Positions 24,001-39,000 of a stretch of DNA of 64,000 bases are shown in pieces (within the stretch, counting starts at the first letter, position 1; the number at the start of each line of letters is the position of its first letter). Both the position numbers and the translations under genes were made by a program. The stretch comes from Oculina patagonica (taxonomy: Eukaryota). The stretch spans positions 33,170,001 through 33,234,000 of the forward strand of contig NC_135759.1 in assembly GCF_052425735.1 (NCBI RefSeq), given 5' to 3'. The notes beneath the pieces were generated by a model. The model worked only from the letters and a program-made list of their open reading frames with translations, was not told the DNA's origin and made no database searches.

Positions 24001-27000
24001 CGTCGTCTGATCCTCCTCTTTCGTCGACGTGTCCTTCTTCGTCTTCGCCTTCGTCGTCTTCTTCGTATGGTCCTGCGTGTCCTTGGTCTTCTCCAACGCC
24101 CCTTGTGGTATAAACGAACTCTGCCGCCTATTATGCGCAGCCGACGCCTTCCTTTTCTAAATCGGATGCGCGGTTTGCCACGGTAATATCGCAGTAATCT
24201 CCAACGCCGACCAAAGCGGAATTTTATTGGCTTTCTTCTCAACCATCGCCATCTTCTTCCATATTGGATTCCAATCTTGCCATTGATGTACCTAATGATA
24301 AAGACGTCGTATGTCAGTGCAAGAGGCATTTGGCAAATGGAGGGGGTGCTGCTCCCCGGACTAAAATTTCTCATGCTTGGCCCCTCGACTTTAAAAGGCG
24401 AATTTGTATATGTTCCACAAATCGCTATATAAGTTTAAAAAATAAATTAAAGCTATGACTGCCTTTCTTTCGTTGAAGAACATTGATGACCTTGTAAGCT
24501 CGTTGGCTGGCTACAATTTTTAAAGATATAACTTTTAAAAGCTCTGCCAAGAGTCTTTTACGGAATCAGTTGTTTGACTGATGATTGTGTTTTTTAATTC
24601 CAATCTTAGATACTCATTTCCCAGTGTTTTCAAAAAACAAAGGACAAACTTACTATGCAAAGAATTTTTCGTAACAGATTTTTTTCCAAATTCGTCTTAA
24701 TTTTTTTGTTTTGCAAAGTCGTTCGTCTAATTATTTTTTATGCAAATTATTCTTGTTACCTGACTCTTCTCCATCTACGCTTGATTCGACATCTCAGGTA
24801 TCTACCTCGGCGGTAAACTCGGATCCATCTTCGGTAATATCTAAAACGAAGGATGTTACGTCGTGTTATACGTCGTTTGCGTCGTCGATATCTACGCCGC
24901 CGCCGTCTCACGCGTCGCCTTCGTCGTCGCCTGCGTCTACGTCTCCATATCTTCCTCCGTCTCGGTTTTCGTGGCTTTCTCCTCAATACCACCCAGCGCC
25001 TACCGTAAAGTACCCTGAGTCGTCCTCTCGTTAATCTGAATGGTCTGTATCCACGCCTGAAGCGAAGCACAAGCCTTCCGCGACGTATCCTTATAAATCT
25101 CCATCGCCTATATCCCACGCGGACCTTGAAACGTCGTGTGATTCGACGTATTATGCGTCGTCTTCCTTTGTATGTTACTCGGAAGTATCGTCCTCTATGA
25201 TATCTGGTTAAAGTTCAAGAAAATATTAAATAAGAAAGGTTAAGTCAACACCCTGATGTCCGACGAAGAAAAACAGAACTCACGAGAACTTGAATAATTG
25301 CTTTATAGGGACTATGTCATGGGTATTTGGCAGTTTTTTGGTCTTAACTGTTCTAAAATAAGTGGTAGGCAGTTTTACCAATGGAAAACAATGTCTTTGA
25401 ACATTTTACAAAAAAACAACCTTTTTGGTGGAATAGAAATCAAACTTTTTAAGGCGCGCGGAAACAACTTGAAAACGGTGGCTAACGTTTTCAAATTGCA
25501 ATCCATTTCCTTCCGAGCCATCCGCAGCCAAACGCACTTTAAAACAGTTTTAGTGCTCTAAAAAAGCAATTGTTAATAAAAATGGACCATTATTTTTAGG
25601 TTTCCTACGACACATATATAAATTTGGACTTTTCAAAAATTTGTTAACCTCCGTGACATGTTCACTTTAATTTTCCCAGAGTCAAATAATGCAAATATAA
25701 GAATGGCTTTGAACGGGCTAACATAGCTATTAAGAACATCTTTAAAGTTATGAACGATCTTTTATTCCCGTTCAACCAATTTCAACGAATTTTTTAAAGG
25801 AATTTCAGTTTGTGTTAAAGAGCATTCGACTTACTTGAACGTTATCCATCGACGACCGTAACGCATCCTATAACCACCACGCCATCTCACAATCGACCTC
25901 CAACGCCTGTGGTACTTGAAAAGAAGCACAGGGCGTCTGCGTCGGCGTATGTAGCGCCGTCTACGTCTTCGACGACGTCGCTGCAATCGCCGTCGCCAAC
26001 GTTGTCGTCTTTTGCGCCCTCTTCTTCGTCCATAACGTCCTTTTCGTCTTCTCCTTGGTTTTCTTCTTCTCCTTGGTCTTGGCCTTCGTTTTGGCTTTGG
26101 TTTAACCGTTTCGAAATGTGATGGGATAAGCATCTGCACTAGCCCTCGGCGGATAGAAATCTTCATGGTTTTACGGCCAACTCGGACAGCTAACATTCGC
26201 CTCTTTTGTGTCACCCACCTCCAGCGGCGATGGTAAAGCACTTGCACTTTACCTCTAATCCTGGGCATTCTGTACCACCTTCTTCCTCTACGGATGCTAA
26301 GAACACCACGGCGGCACCTATATAATAATAAAACATTGAATAAACGAATTGACAAGGGAGGGGAGAGTTCCGCCTTGAGTTCCAACCCTTATTCTTTGAT
26401 GTACAAAGAATAGAGAAGACGCGTTAAGAGGTAACCTTTTTTATATACCTTTCATAATAATAGATGGCAACCCTTTCACACACATACAGTTGATCAAAAC
26501 AATGCATTCATTTCCATACCATTTCCTTAAAGCACTTTGATGCTTTAGCCGTTAGATGCGTATTTTATAAGACCTGAATTTAATGACAGTTTACCTTACC
26601 CTTTTCTGTACTTAAACTGGTGAAATAGGGTACTCCTAGCTTTCGGGCAAAGCCTCCTCTTATAGTTTATCATAGGGAGTATACTTCCGGGATTCTGCGC
26701 TGTTGCACATGTCTTGCTTGATAAGTTTGGTTAACTTGGAATTTCGCCCAAAAAATAACACCAATTTAAACTTGTAGGTCGTGTATTCAGTGAAAGCAAA
26801 CAAATAAGGTTGTTTGTATGTTTCTACATATTTATTACTTTTGTTTTTGCCCCTTTTGTTTTCTTTCGCTAGGTTGTTGATTTTTAATTTCTGAAATATT
26901 TTCAATTGAAACTGTTGCGCTTACATATTATAAATTCAAATATAACTTGTAAAATTAAATTTACTTACAATTAAGATGCTAGTCAATCTTAAACTGAGCT

Positions 27001-30000
27001 AAGTGAGTGACTTTTATGTACAAAACAGCTTTTAACGGTGTAGTTTAATTTTATTATTTATGGTTTTGTGTAGAGGGAGTTCAATAATTGATGTTTCCAA
27101 GGAGATCAATGCCGAAAATCAAGAACAACGTAATAGTTGCTTTACCGAGTTCACAACACGCTGTCACAATTAGGCTGGAACAGTAAAAATTGCGTTGTTT
27201 ATATTTACCTTATTATACCGTATCGGAACCTCAGGTAGCGTCCGACTCGATAAGCCTTCATCCATCGCCCTCTGTACCGGAGTCGAAGCACGCTAATGCC
27301 TTTTCGTCTCAAGCGTATTCTTCGTCTCTTTCCATATCGTCTGCGCCTGATTCTTCTTCGTCTAAACCTTCGCATTCGCCTTCGCCTCCTGATCTTTCTT
27401 CTACGCCGTCTGCGTCTTCTTCGCTGTCGCCTCTTTCGTCGCCGGATTCGTTTGATTCTCTTTCGCCGTCTTCGCCTTCGTCGTCGCAGTCTTCTTCTTC
27501 GTCGTCTTATTCTCCTGCGTCGTGACACTCTGCGACGCCTTCGTTTCACGCGGTACCAACGTCTTCGTCGATATATCCTAATGAGTCCCTTTCTAAAGCT
27601 TATTAACCTGGATTTCCTACCATATCGCACGCGGAGTTTTCGTCTGCCCACAGTTATTCTTCGCCATTTATTTCCGTACCTTACTTGAAGGCGTTTGTTG
27701 GGGCGTCTTAGTGTAACCCATCTTCTCTTGCGGAATATCCTCACTTTTCCAAAGCCACATCTTAAAATTATCAATAACAAAAGTTACTTTTAGGGAGTTA
27801 ATATCAAATACAAGTAACATTCTTTGCTCAAGTAGAAAATAGAACTTAACATTCTGAAATCAAGCAACGCAAATTGGCTGAACTATTTAGTAGAGCTTGA
27901 CGTTCTATAATTATTCCCGAGTTGCTGAGTTACCATTTATAACTGACGATGATCTCTGCTAATCAGGTTGAGAGAGTTACATTTAAAATTTAATTATTGC
28001 GTCATAGAGCCTGCAAGGGTTTTTCCCCGAACAGCCGAGATAATCTTATAAGTGACAGATCGCCCATTTCTGAACAGGAAGTAGAAAAAGGACCAAAAGA
28101 CATGCTAAATAGTGAAATAGAAAGGTAAGGTTAGTTAGAGAGTGTCTCAAAAATCCCAAGCAGCAGAAGCCGTTGGATTATGCAGACGTACCGTCGTACC
28201 ACTGTAAATCCTTATTATTTAATTCTTTCAATTTACCTGATTATTCGAGGTCTTCGTCTAAATCGGAAGATCAACCTATTGCGTCTTCTGAAAACACGTC
28301 TCCACTTCTTTCCGAAATAGATTCTTACTACACTTCGTCGCCGTCGCTTTCGGATTCTTCGTCTGCGTCGTCGTCGTCTTCTCCTGCGTCTTCTTCTTCG
28401 CCTAACTCGTCGCCTCTTCCTCCTGTTCCTTCTTCTTGCTCGTCGTAACTTTCGTCTTCGCAATCTTATTCTTAACCTTTGTCGTCTCCTTCTCCTTCTC
28501 AGCCGTCTGAGGCGTCTCAAGCGTTTCAGTCGATTCAACCGTCGCCGTCGTGTCAGCCAAAGCCGTCTTCTTTTCCTTGTTCTCCTTAAATATCCTTTCC
28601 TTCGTCGCACTCTTATTCTTCTCCTTCTAATACGCAACCTAAATCGTCCTCGGCGGATCGACACCTTTCTGTAACGTTTTCTTATGCGTACCACAAATTT
28701 ACGGCGTCTGTAAACAACTCGTCTCCATCGTCTACCATAGCGCATCTTCATACGATTTTTACGTCGAAGTTTGAACCATCTTCGCCTGTATCCCACACTC
28801 CATCGGCCGCGACGACATCTGCAAACGAAAAAAGGGATACACACTATGAGAAGCTTAATTTAATTTGAGAGCAACGTATTAAGTTAAGTTACTCTTAACA
28901 CTTAGAATTTTTTTTCAGTTTTAAAGCTACATATTTTTTTAACTCCACAGAAAATATCCAAACATTAGTCAAGCGGTTTACATAGACTTGCAAACTGGTC
29001 AAAACACGGGCAATAGACGAATCAGGAGGTTTTAAAAGATTAATTACTTTTTTTTTTTTAGATCTTAAAATACGGTTTGAGTATCTAAAAGGTGAAGAAA
29101 ATTAGCACAGGGAAAGTGAATTCGAGGAAAAGCTGCGTTTGACATTACAGAAATCACCGAAATGTTACGAGCATTGAAGCCAGCATACAATACCTTTCAC
29201 TGTGAAGTTTGTCTTAAAATAAATGGCCTAAATTATTTGAATACATTCTTTCCACTTCCAGATGACTTTTAGAGCCTCCTTGACATTGTTGGTATACAAG
29301 GTATACAAAAAAGCATACCTTTAAAATTTATATTATAAGAGTTCTGGGCGTATTTTGTTTCAACGACGTTTTTCAGTGGGGTTATTTTCGGGGTAATGGG
29401 GTAGGGGGCACTTGTTATCGGAAGGAATTGTGCATTTAAAGTGTTTGGGTTTATATTTTGGAAGGAATGCCAATTCTCATCTTATTAGCGGAAGGATTTG
29501 GAATTATAATGGGAATTTTATGCTATTCTAGTAAAACTTCTTTTGAAATTCTTCTTTGCTTAAGAAACGTTTTAGCAAGGCTTATAGTTTTTCCAACATT
29601 GTGCGTGGGTTCACAACTTGATCAAAATTCTCTGATATAGACCTTTCACCCGGTTAATAAGAACCCAGTTAAACTATAAAAAAGATGTTCCTACCTAATC
29701 TTTCTTAGTCCTTTCCTGGTTCGGAATCGCAAGTATCCCTTGCGTCGGAAAACTCTTCTCCACTTTCGTCTATACCAGAATCGTAACCTGTATCGACGAC
29801 GTCTTCTTAGTCGTCGTCTTCTTCTTTTTCCTCCTCTCCACACCTTTCTTCTCCTGCGACGTCTCTTTATTCTGCGTCTTATTCGTCGCCTGTACTTCCT
29901 TCTTACCCTTCTTCTACGCCGTCTCCTGCGCCTAAGATATCGTCGTCGTTTTCGTTTAATTCTCCTTCGTCGCCTCCTTATTCGTCGCCGCCGCCTTCTT

Positions 30001-33000
30001 CTCCTTCGTATAATTCGCTTCCTTCGCCTTCGTCGATGTCCTCGCTTTCGCCTGACAATTCTCTTCCATCTTCGTCCGAATCTAATTCTTATTCTTCCTC
30101 GTCGGAACCTTATTCTGCATTTTCGCCTGCCATAACGCACACGGAAGACACGCTTGTACCGCACAACTGTTCTCCATCGTTTGTTGACCAGGAGTTTAAA
30201 TCGTCTGTTAGGTTTCCTCAAAGACCTCCATCTACCTCGGCGGCGCACAAATACCCTGCCTCTGGTGCACCTTAAGGATAAAATGATAACGAAAAGTCAA
30301 CTTAGATATGGCATTACAGCGGAATTATCAAACACGGAGAAACAGACGTGTTTATTAGGTTATCAAACACCAAGAAGAGTTATATCAAAGGCTCTTTTGA
30401 GCAACCTTGTGGTAATTCGATTAATTTGCACCTTAGTATTACCCCCAAATTTATGGGCAAAAGACAATGGGACACCTTTGGGGACAAAAGCAAACACAGT
30501 AGGGGAGGTGGGATAAAACGTATTTATTTTACATTTTATACATAAATTTATTAGAATGGAGTGAGCGAGCGAGTGAGTGAAATTTTGGTCCATTCGTTTA
30601 TCCCATAGCATACCATGAGCATAGCATACCCTGCATAAAAACGTTTTGAATGTTTGAATGTTTGATATAACTTCCCGTTTTGAATGTTTGAATGTTTGAT
30701 ATAACTTCCCAAACGGGCTTTACACTGAGTGAATAATAAGGAATTATAATCACCATAATATATTATTTTAGAACATTTATCAACTGAACGCCACCAGGAG
30801 CATTGTCACGATATTTTTTTATGACTACTCTCAAACTGAAGGAAACCTTAAAACACTAGAGACGTAATAAAAACCCCAATTAAATAAGGATGGTTTCGAC
30901 TTACGAAGATGAGAAACTTAAGTTTGCCAATTTTTTTTCAAGATGCGTTGTCCGTGACGTAGTTCCTTTAACATCTTTGTGTTGGTTTTCTTAACTCGTA
31001 AGCCAATCACATGTCCACACGCGCAAAGCTTTGAGATCAATACTAACTGAACGATATAAATTACTTAATTGTGTGGCAAAGGTATGGATCATTAATCTGT
31101 TAAAACACAATGAGATCACCACAAAAGGTATCAGATTTCACACCTTATTCTTCTTGGCTTCTTTCTGAATCGGAAGTATAGCTTGCGTTTCCAGCGGTAG
31201 ACACGTCTCCATCGTCTATTATACTTCAGTCGCAACACGCTGTAACGCTGTCGCCTTCGTTGACGGCGCCTTCGTCTACGTGTCCTGCGTCTCCTCCTTC
31301 GTATCTTCCTTCTGCGTCTTCGCCGTCTTCGCCTTCTTCTCCTAACCTTTCGCCTTCTCCTTCTATTTCTTCTGTACCTTCTGCGTCTTCGTCGTCGTCT
31401 TCTTCTTCTTTTGGTTCTTCTTACTTTCCTGTATCTTCTGCGACGTCGCCGATTAACTCGTCTTCCACGCCTGTACCTCCTTCTCACTCTTCGTCCCTTC
31501 CTTCGACGCCGTCTTCTCACCTTTCGTCCCCTCCATCGACGCCGCCAGCGCCTTTTAAGTGCTTTCCATTTCCTGCCGTACCACATCCTAACACGTGAGC
31601 GGATTATTCTTATTCTTGTAAATCGTCGACGGTAGCGTATGGTTAATCTTCGTTTTATTATGCGCACGCGTCTCCATTTCCTCCCTGCAAAGATCTTCAG
31701 CTTACGGCGCACTGCTCTCCATCTTCTTCTGAATTTTGCCAGGAGCCGGCCTCTGTAGTACCTGTTGAAGTTTATTATTTGTTTATTATTCGTAAATTGT
31801 AAAATGGACCATTTTACCATTTTTTCTTGTAAATAGCTCGCGCTTTCTTTGTTTGTGATGTATTAAAATAAAAGCCTTTAAGCTCCATATTTTATTGTAC
31901 GTTCAAATCTTGAGTGTATGCCCAAGTCTTGTGCTCATTTTAACAATTTATACTATGAAGAGCTGAGTCTCTAACTTAGTGTTCTATTGCACTGTTGCTT
32001 AGTGTTTCGTTTCGGAGCGTAACCGTTATTTGCAAGTTTATGAAAATTTAATCTAGATACCGTAATTTTAAGCCTCGTATTGTAAGCGAAGCAGCAGTAG
32101 TTTTCTAGGAGATTATTTAAAAACTTTTGCTGCACTGTTTTTTGGATACAAAGGAAAGTTACACTAAACCAGTAAATGTCTCATTAATACTGAAAGAGTT
32201 CTTTCTTAATGCGGGAAAGTTACTGGAATCGTAAAGGAGCACTTATTACATTTCAAGTGCCAAACTCAACATCAACATGAAAGCCATAAGTAATGTTCAT
32301 ACCTGAGCCAAACATTCCTTTTCTTGAAACGGAACGTTAGGCGCCCTCGTCGTCGGTACACCTTCCTCCATCTTCTGAAATATCTGATCTTCATAACACA
32401 GCCACGTCTTCCTCTGCGGCCTCGACGTCTTCGTCTGCGTCTATATCGCTTTATTCCTTTCCTTCTTCTTCGTATCCGTCTCCTTCTTCGTCTTCTTCTT
32501 CGCCTTCGTCTTCGCCTTCTCTTTCTCTTCCGTCTCCTCCTTAGTCTCCTTCGACGCCTTCTTTTCCTTACCCTTCTTCTCCTTCGTCTGTTCCTTCGCC
32601 TTCTTATTCTTCTTCGTCGTCGTCTTCGCCTGGACACCCTTCGACGTCGATACCTTATCCTCTTCCATCGTCGTTTGTATCTCAATCCGAGTCTTCCAGT
32701 CCTGTAGATTCTTATTCGTCTGATCTTTCTCAGGTAACGAACGCGGAATCCTCGACGAACCTTTCGCCATAGTTTTCGAAGTTTGACTTGCATGACGCGG
32801 CGCCTACCGCGGAGACGAATCAATCTTCCTTTGCGGCGGAGTGTTATTAGCCTGCGGTGGATCCTGAAATGAAATGAAAAGAAACAAATGCTCAAGTTGT
32901 AAAAAAGGTTGGCGAAAACAAATTTACATTTAAGAAACCTTTAATCGTTGGCAGGTTTAAAATATAATTGCAAAGATTTATTGGCTTTCGAATAAGACTG

Positions 33001-36000
33001 TCCCAATCGGGATTCGGGTAGGAAATGTATTTTTAATTTAATTGCACTTGATGGTAGAGTTTGGTGCCCGGGCAAATTCTTACTGCTTGATATTAGTTCC
33101 TAAATTTGCCTTTTTCTTCTATGATCTGTACCACCAGCTGGGATAATGTATGGAATTTTCAGCCAAATTTGAAAAAATTAAAGTAAAGCCTTTTAAGTCC
33201 AACTGGTTCATAGCCCTGGTTGTCATGTTAGTCCATCGCAGGGTACTGCCAAGCATTCTGCCAGGTTGCCCCATCAAATCGCCGGTGGATGCCATTTTTA
33301 ATGATCTGTGTCATTATTGTTAACCAGGATTTTCGGAACGGAATCATCATTATCATTAGCATTACTAGCTGGGTTTTCTTAATAATATCTGTAATCCCAA
33401 TCTGCACGTGCTTATCATCGTCCCAAAACACCTAAAAGTAATACCACAGTTTCTTTTACTGAACATTTATTACCTGACTCGGTAAAGCCTTCTTTTAATA
33501 CGGACTATTAGTCGCTTTCTTCTTCTGGTCACATATCGCCATTTCCTCCCGTAATAAATTCGTATCCTACAACGACGTCTGCGTCTTATTCTTCTTCGTC
33601 TTCGCCGTTTTCTCCTTCTTCTTCGCACCCGTCTTCTTCTTCGTCGTCGTCGCCTTCTTCTTCGCAGTTTACGTTTGTATCTTCTCCTTCTTCTCAACTT
33701 TCGTCGTCTGTATCTTGTTCGACGTCTTCGTACTCGTTTGCGTCTACCTCCTCGTCTCCTTCGTCGACGCCTCTTAACTCTTCTCCATCGTCTTCTGCGT
33801 TTCAGATAAACCCTTCCGCGTCGCAGTCGAAGTTTCACGTTTCGTCTTTTGAACCGTATCAACCAGCGTCGTCCGTACCTCCGTACACCTCGCCATCTTT
33901 TGTTCACTCGAATTCGCAACCGTTTGGTGAAACGACGTATCTTTCGCCAGGTTCTTCGCTTCGTCCTCACATAAATACAACCTCTGCGGAACCTGGACAC
34001 ACAAAGAATGCACTGTAAGTAATGATTACCAAAAAATGTTCCATGGGTACAAAGAATGAATAGTACATGAATACATAGCTATTTTTAGGTTGGTTCTCAT
34101 GATCGCCCCGATCGTTTCAATCGCATTGATCATATGCAAATACTGAGACAATCGTAGGTGATCGAAGCGATTGGAAGCGATCGGGGGCTTCCATATGGTA
34201 GTCCTGGTATGAACGTGGACCTACGAAAAACAATAAGTTATTGCAGTTTTACGGCGAAGAAGAGAAAAAGAAGCTAGAAGGATAGAGCACGAGCGATCGT
34301 GATCGCCTCAATCGCCGCAGACGTTAGCGATCACCTGTGTAATGTTCTCATATAATGGCCCCGATCGCAAGAAAACTTTTTGAAGTGACTAAGACGATAG
34401 AAACGATCGGGGTAATTACATGAGAACCAGCCTTTAAGCATCACGTTTGTTATCCCCGTGAACGGCAAAAGTCACACTTATATTTTCGACTGCCATTTGT
34501 TCATGAAAGTGAACGATTTCACGATTGGCGTGAAAAGGTGAATTATTCTTTACTTTTCTGACAAATTCATTTTTAAATGAACAACAGGCTAAGGTGTTAA
34601 CTATTTTCCGTTAAGATAAGTGAATGGATTGTTTCCCGCTGCGCACATTCAATTATACACCATATAATATCCCTTACAATCACTACAAAGGGACTTGTGT
34701 TATTCCACGCAGTAGCACGTGTATTAAAGAAATCCGAAAAATGATAAGAACTTGTGGATTTGTTAAATTAGCATGAGTTTCCTTTTTGAGTTGCGTCTTT
34801 GTTATTAAGTTTCATTTTAAGATTGATCTTTACGTTTCAAAATCCTCTTATACTTATCGCAAAAAGTTTTATCATTCTCTAATCGGTGATGCTAAAATCT
34901 AAAACGATCGTCAGTTGTAGATATAAAAAAGGTACCTTAATCGTCGTTGCCTTCGTTTGTAGGTGAACAGGTACTTGCGACCCCGTCGGATTACACTATA
35001 CCAGCGACGTCTCCAATAGAACCGTATTCGGCTGCGCTTTCGCCGCCGTCGTCTGCGTTTCAGTTTACGTCGATATCGTCTTCTCCTTCTAATCCTTCTT
35101 CGTCTCCTTCGCCTTTTTCTTCGTTTTCTTCGCCTGAGTATTCTTCGCCTTCTTCTTGATCGTCGCTTTCTTCCTCGTCTACCGTATCGTTTTCGTCTGC
35201 GTCGCTTTATTCGTTTCCATCGTTTTCTGTAGCGTATTCTCAGTCGCCCTCGTCTGAAGCCTATCAGTCTGAATCTCTTTCTAAAGCGGATTCTAAATCG
35301 CCCTCGATAGACTCGCACTCTCCTGTACCGTCGGCCATACCGGATCTTAATATACGGTCGTCGTACCACACGCCATCTTCTGTTTATATAGATCCTTACT
35401 GTCTTGCGTCGGATCCTGCGTGGTATTAAAGGAATGAAGTTCAATACGGATATAACAAGCGTTAAAGTTCGAGAATAAGCCTTATGCTTACTTTTGTTCA
35501 ATAAGTCTTTTTGGTGGGCGTTATCAGTTTTGGAGAGGCTTTTATTTTGGGAAAGGATCTTGTTTCTGAAAACCTTTTTAGATGTTTAAACGCATAAGGT
35601 ATAGTGCTGAAATGGTCATTACAAAAACAAGTCCAAAAGGGGCCTATAGTCTGAAAATGGCAAGCAAAACTCTCTGAACATAATAGAAGGATATAAGAAG
35701 AAGAGGAGGAAGGAGAGGGAGGATATAAGGAGGGTTAAGGGAAAGGGAGCCTAGAATATGTTTCTTTGGAAAACTGACAAACGTCACTGACTAGCTAACC
35801 TGATAATTCTCCACGTGCGGCCGTATCGGAATCTCCATACGTTTCGTGACCGGTACACGCGCCTGAATTTACCGCGGTAACGATAAATGATACGGGAACC
35901 TCTTCTCCTTATCCTTCGTCTTCGACGTCTTCGCCTTCTTACTCGTCTTCTTCGTCTTCTTCGCCTTCTTCGTCTACGCTTTCTTCGCCTTTGCCTTCGT

Positions 36001-39000
36001 CTCCTTCTTCTCCTTCGCCGGATTCTTCTGGTTCTTCTTCTTCGTCTGTATCTTCTTCGTAGTGTTACCCATCGGCGACGTCGTCGCACTTTAACTCTTC
36101 CGTAACGTATGCTTATGTTCTTGTATTTTCGTCCCAAACGGAAGTATATTCGTCGTCGGCGAACTGTGAGCCAGCGCCATTTTCTTCGGTAATACACTCT
36201 GACGCGCCTCGTGCCTCGTATGATACTCCATCGCCTTCCGTATTTTACCCTGAATGTGCCGCGGTAAATTCTGGCGATTAGAAAGGAAAAGTAGTTATGT
36301 TAGAATTGTTTACATAAGATGTGCCCTAAGCAACTTTTAAGTCAAAGAGATAACCAGTTAATGGGTTTAAGGCTCCATGAATCTTATTAAACAAGATTCT
36401 TCGGTTCTTCTTTTTTTCGGGAGAATAAAAGATCGAATGCTTTAGTATTGTCCTGCAATAGACCGTGGGTGTTGAAACGAAAATATTTACATGGTCTATT
36501 ACTTTTTTACTTCCTCAAAAACAAATTATTGGAGAAGGCTGAATTCTCGTATCATATAACAGTAAGGCTGTCAAATGTACTTTTTCGAAAAAACGCACCC
36601 TTAGACAAAGAAAAACTGCAAATGCATGATACTTCAGTAACTTTATGGTCAACACTGCAACTTATATAGACCAATTTAACAGTTCCTATCGATTTAAAGT
36701 TCTCAGACAGAATGAGAAATATAAGGTATAGAGGCTTTGAAAAAGGGAAGTCGTTTCATTTACACTGCGAACGGCTTCAGATGTTGTTAAGTTTCTTGAC
36801 TCGTTTACATCGTATCTGTCTTAAAATGAAACAGGATACAAAAAAGTAACACTAACGCGCAGTATCTGTTGAAAATTTTGTTTGCAAAAAGCTGTTTGAT
36901 ATTGTGAATACACATACTTACCGGATTGCTACTGGTCGTCGTTTAAATCGGAACCTCAAGAACTTGCCTCGCCGATACACTGATCTCCAACGTCGCCGCC
37001 ATTTTATTCGCATAACACATCGGCGACGACGCCTTCGTCTTCGCCTTCGCTTTCGTCTTTTGCGCCTGATAATCCTCCTTCGCCTTCGCCTTCTCTTTAC
37101 ACGTCGTCTTCGTCTCCTCCTTAGCCTTCCTCGCCTGCCCCTGTATCGGCGCCGTCTGCGTCTGATTATCCTCCATCGCCTTCCATAACGCCATCGTACT
37201 TTTCCGCGTCTGAATGACAATCTACGGTTCTTACGCTTGTAGCGCAGGTAGAAGCGCCGCTTATAGAATCGAACGCGATGCCACCTTTTTCGCCAGACCA
37301 TAACGTTGGGGCGACGCAAAACGACCCATCTTCGTCCTTTTCTAAACCTCAATGTACCGCGCGTGAATCTATTAAATGAAACAAAAGACATTTGTTTAGG
37401 AGCACTCAGAATCTAACACTTAGAAACTAGGTTTGCCTAAACATTTGCCTTGTTTGAACAAGACGCAAAATTATGCATTTCACCTTAGTTCGTTCCCCGT
37501 TACACCTTACTGAGTAAAAGTTTTCGATATAAAACGACAAATGATATAAGTCACTGGCTTTCTGGAAAATGTGTGAACTATGTACTTATTTACATTCTAA
37601 GAAACCGAGTGCGTGCATTAAAGCTTTATCCAAAATCAGCGCTGAGCTGTGCTAACTTGATGCCAGGAGGAAAAGACCCTGAACGATAATAAATAATGGA
37701 CACGAAAGACCGGTCTGCTCGTAATTTGCGACTTTTCGGATTTGTACCTTTTTTTTTGGACAACGTCCCTTCGGTCAGGTACACACCAAATTGAAAAAAA
37801 CGTTGACCCTGTGAAAAGCATTAATCACGAGCGATAAGACCGGACTGAATTCTGGGTAGACAGCAGGTAAGCTTAGTTATATTCCATTTTTTACAATCAA
37901 GGTATTTTCTTTCTTTAAGACCTTTAGGAGCGTGATTTATACAGCCTGCCTTATTATTATGTTCATTTTGTCACAGGCGACGATTTAAAAAAAAAACTTT
38001 TTCCCGATTTACCGGTAAACATCTAGGTCGCATCGTTTATGGTTTACGCTTTCCATGGGTCAACATTTCTTCAATCAGGTGTGTACAGCAGCTAAACGAG
38101 TTGACCAAGACTAGGTCTTGTAAAGAATACGGGTGATGGACTCGGACTGTTTCTGGGCCCTAATATCTTGTCAAATTAGCTGTTTGACTCGGTCAAATTG
38201 ATGGCCTTGACAACAAATTTGTATTCATGTGCTATACTTGGGTTTTTCTGACATCAAGTGAGGTTCCCACAATTTGCAGTTATTAAATGAAGCGTTTAGT
38301 ATACTGCTTAGGCTGCTTTTTCTACTTAATTTTAAAGATACGTTCAATTAACGAGAAACTTGATCCAAACGACCTGTTTTCTATTAATCATCACTCACCT
38401 GATATATCGTCTTTTCCTTCCTATTCGGAGCACAAAGCGACGGCGTTTTCGATACACTCGCCGCCACCGACGCCTGTATCGAATACGCATCACGCAACCA
38501 CGCTTTCGTGTTTTACGTCTACGCCGTATTACCCGTCTTCTTCGTCTCACTCGCCTTCTCCTCCTTCTTCTCCTTCGCCTTCTTCTTCTTCGCACCCTTC
38601 TCTTTCTTCTTCGTCGTCTTCTTCTCAGCTTTCGCCGCCGTCTTCGGCGCCTGTAGCGTCGGCTACGAGTGCTAATTTTTCTAAGCCTTCTGTTGTATCT
38701 CACAAGGAATCTTCCACGTCGGATTGTCACGATACGCCGTCTTCGTTTATAGACTATGGTCAACTTACGACGGTATCTACGTACCACACGCCAAACTCTT
38801 CCCACGCGGAGTTTTATGCTTGGACGTCGAATAACTCGTCGTCTTTTACCGTAGATGGTTATCATTCCTCTGTAGTATCTATTTAGAACATGACAAAAGA
38901 AATACATAACACAGTATTAAAACAAAGATTTTATATCTATTTTTTAAGGTTAAACTGAGATCGACCTCCTTATCAACCACTACTGCTGTCTGGATGGCTC

